A DNA stretch of 32,000 bases from Desulfocapsa sulfexigens DSM 10523. Its GTDB lineage: Bacteria; Desulfobacterota; Desulfobulbia; Desulfobulbales; Desulfocapsaceae. Position numbers and translations under genes: made by a program. Of this stretch, positions 27,751 through 32,000 are shown one piece after another. Under the pieces are notes generated by a model. That model was given only the letters and a program-made list of their open reading frames with translations, did no database searches and was not told the origin of the DNA. Location of the stretch: the NCBI RefSeq assembly GCF_000341395.1, contig NC_020304.1, positions 3,810,001-3,842,000 on the forward strand. The letters run 5' to 3'. Within the stretch, counting starts at the first letter, position 1; each line of letters opens with the position of its first letter.

Positions 27751-28446
27751 TTATTGGCTTTTGTTTGAGTTGTTCAACAAAATACGTCTTATTCCTTCAT
27801 GGGACAAGGTCAATCCTTTGCCATTTTGCATTTTCTTTGCAATATCACGATAAGACCAGCGATCAGCTTTCAAGCGAACCATTTCCCCTATAAGTTCCTG
27901 CTGTTCAGGATCTTGTTCCAGTCGTCCATCCTCCCCAACCTTCCATCCAAATGGAACCGGGCCGCCTAAATACTTCCCTTCCTTTTTCCGCTTCGCCTTA
28001 CCTGCACGAATGGCAGCTCCATGGTTTCCACGCTCTCCGAAGGATAAAGCGTTACAAAGTTGATAGACCAGTGAAGAAATCCCTTCCGATGCAACCAACT
28101 TTTTCTGCGTCGGCATGGAAACATTTCCCTCAAGATCAGCACAGAAAAGAGAAACCTTTTTTTTCTTTAATATTTCAAGAAGTGATAGGGCATTCCTGGG
28201 ATTACCAAAAACCCATTTCGCATGCATTACCAGTATGTTATCTCCATCGTTAACATTCTTTAACATCAGGGCGCCCTGTTTTCTTTCCATCAAGGAAACA
28301 GCCGGAGAATAGGATTCCTCCACCAGGAGTTCGTCACAGTATAATTTCAGTGTTTTTGCATATTCTTCTATTACCAACCGCTGACGCTCAAGTGGTACTA
28401 ACGCATTACGCTCAACATCCAAAAAAACATATCCGATGGTTGTCAT
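27751..28446 (-). CDS. Serine recombinase (resolvase)-family protein, apparently catalytically inactive
   Basis: Resolvase-like fold order (IGYVFLDVERN...LERQRLVIEEY, GDNILVMHAKWVFGNPRNALSLLEILKKKKVSLFCADLEGN, AAIRAGKAKRKKEGKYLGGPVPFGWKV, HTH-like WSYRDIAKKMQ) with substituted active-site positions. Confidence 0.75.
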   Translation of the reverse strand: MTTIGYVFLDVERNALVPLERQRLVIEEYAKTLKLYCDELLVEESYSPAVSLMERKQGALMLKNVNDGDNILVMHAKWVFGNPRNALSLLEILKKKKVSLFCADLEGNVSMPTQKKLVASEGISSLVYQLCNALSFGERGNHGAAIRAGKAKRKKEGKYLGGPVPFGWKVGEDGRLEQDPEQQELIGEMVRLKADRWSYRDIAKKMQNGKGLTLSHEGIRRILLNNSNKSQ

Positions 28447-28876
28447 AAACTCTCCTGAAAGAAATTTTGTGGCTTAAACATGACAGAGATGGCAACAGTG
28501 CTTTCAATATGTTCCAATATGGAAACTACGTTATAATCATAGGTGCCACTATAGCAACATTACTATTGATAGATGCCATACTATGCTCGACAGTTTTTCT
28601 ATTTCCCAAAATCCAATCATCCATCCATAAACAGCACATTAACATTATTATATCAATATGTTACAAATGCAAACCCAACATATCAGGTGATAAAATACCA
28701 CGCGGAACCCCTTCCATCCTATTTTTAGATTCCCATCATTGTCAACAATTAATTTGAATAAATGACAATATGACAACTATTTTTTATGAAATAGAGTCAC
28801 TTTGCAACATATACTACTCAGATTGTGCCATAACGTAAACTGTTATATTGTTAGTTGACAATTCACGCACTTTAGT

Positions 28877-28897
28877 TGGTGCTATCGAATAGCACCA
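28877..28897. other. Perfect 9-bp hairpin downstream of the helicase gene
   Basis: TGGTGCTAT-CGA-ATAGCACCA; no U-tract adjacent on the gene strand, so terminator function is uncertain. Confidence 0.5.
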
Positions 28898-28944
28898 GAG
28901 AATTTTCAAAAAAAAAGGGGGGGTTGTGGGGTGGATAAAAATAC

Positions 28945-31140
28945 TTAAACGAGAGTCAATTTTGCATAGTCAAGGTGGAGAGTTTTCACTCCATGTCTTT
29001 GAAAAATAACATCCACGGAACGGCCCTGCGGTTTATTATTTACCACACCTTCACCAAAGAATGGATGATGCACCCGCACGCCCTTACTCAGGTCTTTCAC
29101 CGACAGCTTTGTCTTCTTAGCTTTTTTAGTAAAAGTAATAGCACTTGATGCCGTCGAGGTGGACGTGAGAAAAGAAGGTGCATTACGCTCCACCCCATCA
29201 CTGTCAATTCGTTCAAAAAGCCCAGCGCGTAATTCAGCAAGAAAAGGCGACATTCCAACTCTTCGGAACTGTCGGTCGGGAGTCATAAGTTCACGCGGAT
29301 AGGTGAGATACAAATATTTCCTCGCTCTGGTTGCAGCCACATAGAGAAGTCTCCGCTCTTCTTCCCACTGTTCGCCAACTTCTGCAGCAGAATGAGGAAA
29401 CCGCCCATCGGCCAACCCCATCACAAAAACAACATCCCATTCCAAACCTTTTGACGAGTGGATGGTTGACAGAATCATCCGCTCTTTATCCTCTTTTGAG
29501 AGACCTTTCCCTGTCTCAGGAGGATCAAGTGTCGTATCATCAACGAAAGTTTGCACATCGGCGTAGCCGGCGACAATGGACTTCAACTGATCAAGATCCT
29601 TTTGACGCTTGGGAAAATCATCACGATATATTTTCTCAAATAATGGCTGATAATAGGCCCAGACAAGTTCGTACAGAACCCCAGGAGTTGTCTCCCTCTC
29701 CATTTCCATAAACAGTTGCGCAAGACTTTCGACACCATGTCTCCAATTCTTGCCACAGGGATATTCGGATAGCGCCTGACCAGGGCTTCCAGAGGTCGCG
29801 ATTGTATCAGCAATTTTTCGGGCAGTCTTGGGACCGACCTTGTCAAGATGGAGCAAAATACGGTTCCAGGAAAGGGTATCAAAGGGATTAACGCGGAGCC
29901 GCAGAAAGGCAATAACATCTTTCATATGGGCAGACTCCGTAAGCTTCATACCACCTCGCTTCTCAAAATCAACACTTGTGGAATTGAGTTCCATTTCAAG
30001 CTTATAGGAATGAAAACCTGATCGAAAAAGTACCGCAATATTGTTCAGTGCTATTCCTTGCCCACGTAACTCCGCAATCTTTTTCGAAACAAAAGCAGCT
30101 TCCTCCCGCTCATCACGTCCCGCAAAAAGTCGGGGCTTAAATTTCCCCTCTATTCTGGTGAAAAGTGTCTTTGCATACTTCTCAACAGCATTAGTCATAA
30201 TATCATTGGTAAGGGACAGGATGGGCTGAGTGGAACGATAGTTTTCTTCGAGTTTAATAATTTTTGTTTCCTTAAACACCTTGGGGAAGCGCATGATATT
30301 GTAGAAATCTGCCCCCCGAAAGGAGTAGATGGACTGAGAGTCATCCCCCACCACCATCACATTTTCATGACCGTGGGCGAGCAGTCGTACAATATCCGCC
30401 TGAATCAAGTTGGTGTCCTGATACTCATCCACCATGATATGTGAATACCTTGCAGCCATCTCCTGTCTGGCCTCGGGAATTTCATCCAGCAGCCGTTTCC
30501 AGTTTACCAACAGATCATCGTAATCCATGAGTCCATTATTAAACTTAAACTCTTTATAATACTTTTCCAGATTCAGGATATCATCCACATGTTCACTGAG
30601 ATGGGAATAACTTTCGTAAACAAGATCGTCTATGGGGATGGATTTATTCACCGAGCCTGAAAGGATATTAATCAGTACCCTCTTGGTGGGAAACTGTTTG
30701 TCACGACCGGTAAGTCCAAGAGACCCCTTTAACAAATTAACAATGCCTTCAGCATCAGCGCGATCAATTATGGTAAAGGAAGAACCGAACCCAAGGTGAT
30801 GTCCATGTCTGCGAAGCAGCATATTGGCAATACCGTGAAACGTTCCTCCAACCACGCGACGACAGGTTTCATTGAGAAGCTGGCCGGCACGCCAGAGCAT
30901 TTCCTGAGAGGCCTTTCTGGTAAAAGTGAGCAGGAGTATTCTTTCCGGATCAATCCCCTGTTCCAACAGATAGGCAACCCTGTACACCAGAGTTCGTGTT
31001 TTACCACTCCCGGCACCGGCGATGACAAGCAGTGGCCCCTCGGTGCTGGTTACAGCCTCTCGTTGTGAAGCATTGAGTTCATTAAGATTTACTGAAGATT
31101 TCAGAGGATCATTCAGATTGCGAAAGATAGTATTTTTCAT
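28945..31140 (-). CDS. UvrD/Rep/PcrA-family ATP-dependent DNA helicase
   Basis: LNASQREAVTSTEGPLLVIAGAGSGKTRTLVYRVAYLL; VDEYQDTNLIQADIVRLL; VVGDDSQSIYSFRGAD; LEENYRSTQPIL; LSTIHSSKGLEWDVVFVMGLADGRFP; EERRLLYVAATRARKYLYLTYP. Start at MKNTIF (31140) chosen; a TTG at 31176 is also in frame. Confidence 0.94.
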   Translation of the reverse strand: MKNTIFRNLNDPLKSSVNLNELNASQREAVTSTEGPLLVIAGAGSGKTRTLVYRVAYLLEQGIDPERILLLTFTRKASQEMLWRAGQLLNETCRRVVGGTFHGIANMLLRRHGHHLGFGSSFTIIDRADAEGIVNLLKGSLGLTGRDKQFPTKRVLINILSGSVNKSIPIDDLVYESYSHLSEHVDDILNLEKYYKEFKFNNGLMDYDDLLVNWKRLLDEIPEARQEMAARYSHIMVDEYQDTNLIQADIVRLLAHGHENVMVVGDDSQSIYSFRGADFYNIMRFPKVFKETKIIKLEENYRSTQPILSLTNDIMTNAVEKYAKTLFTRIEGKFKPRLFAGRDEREEAAFVSKKIAELRGQGIALNNIAVLFRSGFHSYKLEMELNSTSVDFEKRGGMKLTESAHMKDVIAFLRLRVNPFDTLSWNRILLHLDKVGPKTARKIADTIATSGSPGQALSEYPCGKNWRHGVESLAQLFMEMERETTPGVLYELVWAYYQPLFEKIYRDDFPKRQKDLDQLKSIVAGYADVQTFVDDTTLDPPETGKGLSKEDKERMILSTIHSSKGLEWDVVFVMGLADGRFPHSAAEVGEQWEEERRLLYVAATRARKYLYLTYPRELMTPDRQFRRVGMSPFLAELRAGLFERIDSDGVERNAPSFLTSTSTASSAITFTKKAKKTKLSVKDLSKGVRVHHPFFGEGVVNNKPQGRSVDVIFQRHGVKTLHLDYAKLTLV

Positions 31141-31261
31141 GGTGGCCACTTTACCACAGAGACTTTTGAGCTGCAACGTCGGTTGACAGAAGAGTCAGGA
31201 AGTTTATAGTGTGGCGCAGACTAAGGAATCATACTTATAACTTTTACAGAGAATCAGAACC

Positions 31262-31654
31262 ATGGATACAAGTACAATCGACGCCCTCTTCACCCCTGAA
31301 GCCCTACAGCAGCTTTTTCCAAAAGAACGTACAAATGATTTTTTTGAAGCCCTCTTCGGTGATGCCGACGAAGGAGCCTATGACATTGAACTGGGATATG
31401 GTGGAGTGAAGGGAAACAATCTGACCATGGAACTTAAACTTCATGAACGCCCTGGATGCTGTCTAGCCTGTAACCTCACTCAGGGTTTACCACAGGTGTT
31501 TAGTCGCCATCCAATTATTAATGTGTCCGGTCTGGTTGCCGACGTCAACAAACTGCTGGGAGACAATGTGAAGTGCAAAGAATGGTCACTTGGCTACACT
31601 GAACAACGCCAAAAAGAGATGCATGTTATTCCAATCAACATCACCCTGGACTGA
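31262..31654 (+). CDS. Conserved-looking hypothetical protein
   Basis: 130-aa ORF MDTSTIDALFTPEALQQLFPKERTNDFFEALFGDADEGAYDIELGYGG... bounded by a strong downstream hairpin; no family assigned with confidence. Confidence 0.65.
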   Translation: MDTSTIDALFTPEALQQLFPKERTNDFFEALFGDADEGAYDIELGYGGVKGNNLTMELKLHERPGCCLACNLTQGLPQVFSRHPIINVSGLVADVNKLLGDNVKCKEWSLGYTEQRQKEMHVIPINITLD

Positions 31655-31685
31655 TTTCATATTCTGTCCAGTTGCGCAAAAATAA

Positions 31686-31720
31686 GAAAGGCCGATCCTT
31701 TTTGAGGATCGGCCTTTCTT
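31686..31720. terminator. Strong bidirectional intrinsic terminator between convergent genes
   Basis: AGAAAGGCCGATCC (31686..31699) - 7-nt loop - GGATCGGCCTTTCT (31707..31720), perfect 14-bp stem with flanking T/A richness. Confidence 0.85.
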
Positions 31721-31742
31721 GCTAATACGTAGTACTTGTAAT

Positions 31743-32000
31743 TTAACAAACAGTCACCCTGGAACGACCCTCGGATTTAGCATTATACAGAATATCATCA
31801 ACCCGCTGCATCCACTCATCAAGGTTTTCTTCAAGTCTCCACTGTGTCATACCAATAGACACGCCAAGTTTTGTTTCGGAGTTTGCCCAGATATTCAGTT
31901 CATCTATGGCCAGACAGAGACGCTCGGCCAGAATTCTGGCACTCTTCTCATCGGTATCATCCATAACGAGTATAAACTCATCCCCACCAAAACGTACCAG
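31743..32000 (-). CDS. GGDEF-domain (diguanylate cyclase-like) protein, C-terminal fragment truncated by window edge
   Basis: Frame extends past 31964 to the window edge as LVRFGGDEFILVMDDTDEKSARILAERL...KLGVSIGMTQW...DDILYNAKSEGRSRVTV, including an intact GGDEF signature. Confidence 0.92.
   Translation of the reverse strand: MVRFGGDEFILVMDDTDEKSARILAERLCLAIDELNIWANSETKLGVSIGMTQWRLEENLDEWMQRVDDILYNAKSEGRSRVTVC

Noticed and set aside
28945-31176. Longer TTG start for the helicase (743 aa)
   Set aside because: The internal ATG at 31140 (MKNTIFRNLNDP) seems more plausible; the extension has no recognisable domain content, but I cannot exclude it.
1-32000. CRISPR array, retron or classical defence island
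   Set aside because: No regularly spaced repeats, no reverse transcriptase and no recognisable restriction, Cas or abortive-infection genes. The UvrD-like helicase and HNH protein are not adjacent and look like ordinary chromosomal genes.

Overview
The window reads as a chromosomal segment of a Desulfobacterota-like (sulfate-reducer-type) bacterium; this taxonomic guess is inference. Housekeeping content: an NtrY-like kinase 3' end with an NtrX-like sigma54 regulator, hemB, YqeY-like, VanZ-like and SEC-C proteins, class II ribonucleotide reductase, a metY-metX-metW operon, a CbbQ/CbbO-like AAA+/VWA pair, a DUF1566 protein, an L,D-transpeptidase, a YcbK-like DUF882 protein, two histidine kinases, tRNA-Arg(CCG), HNH protein plus folC, a UvrD/Rep-type helicase and a GGDEF fragment. 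Accessory signals: (1) an 88-nt structured repeat (80/88 identical, inverted orientation) flanks the met operon, and the distal copy sits in a nested ~190-bp inverted-repeat structure. (2) A ~4.2-kb segment looks like a decayed tRNA-Arg-anchored island. It carries a complete HlyD/FtsX/ATPase efflux cassette and an integrase remnant that lacks the catalytic HxxR box. (3) A serine-recombinase-family protein appears to have lost all core catalytic residues. I found no CRISPR array, retron or recognisable defence system.
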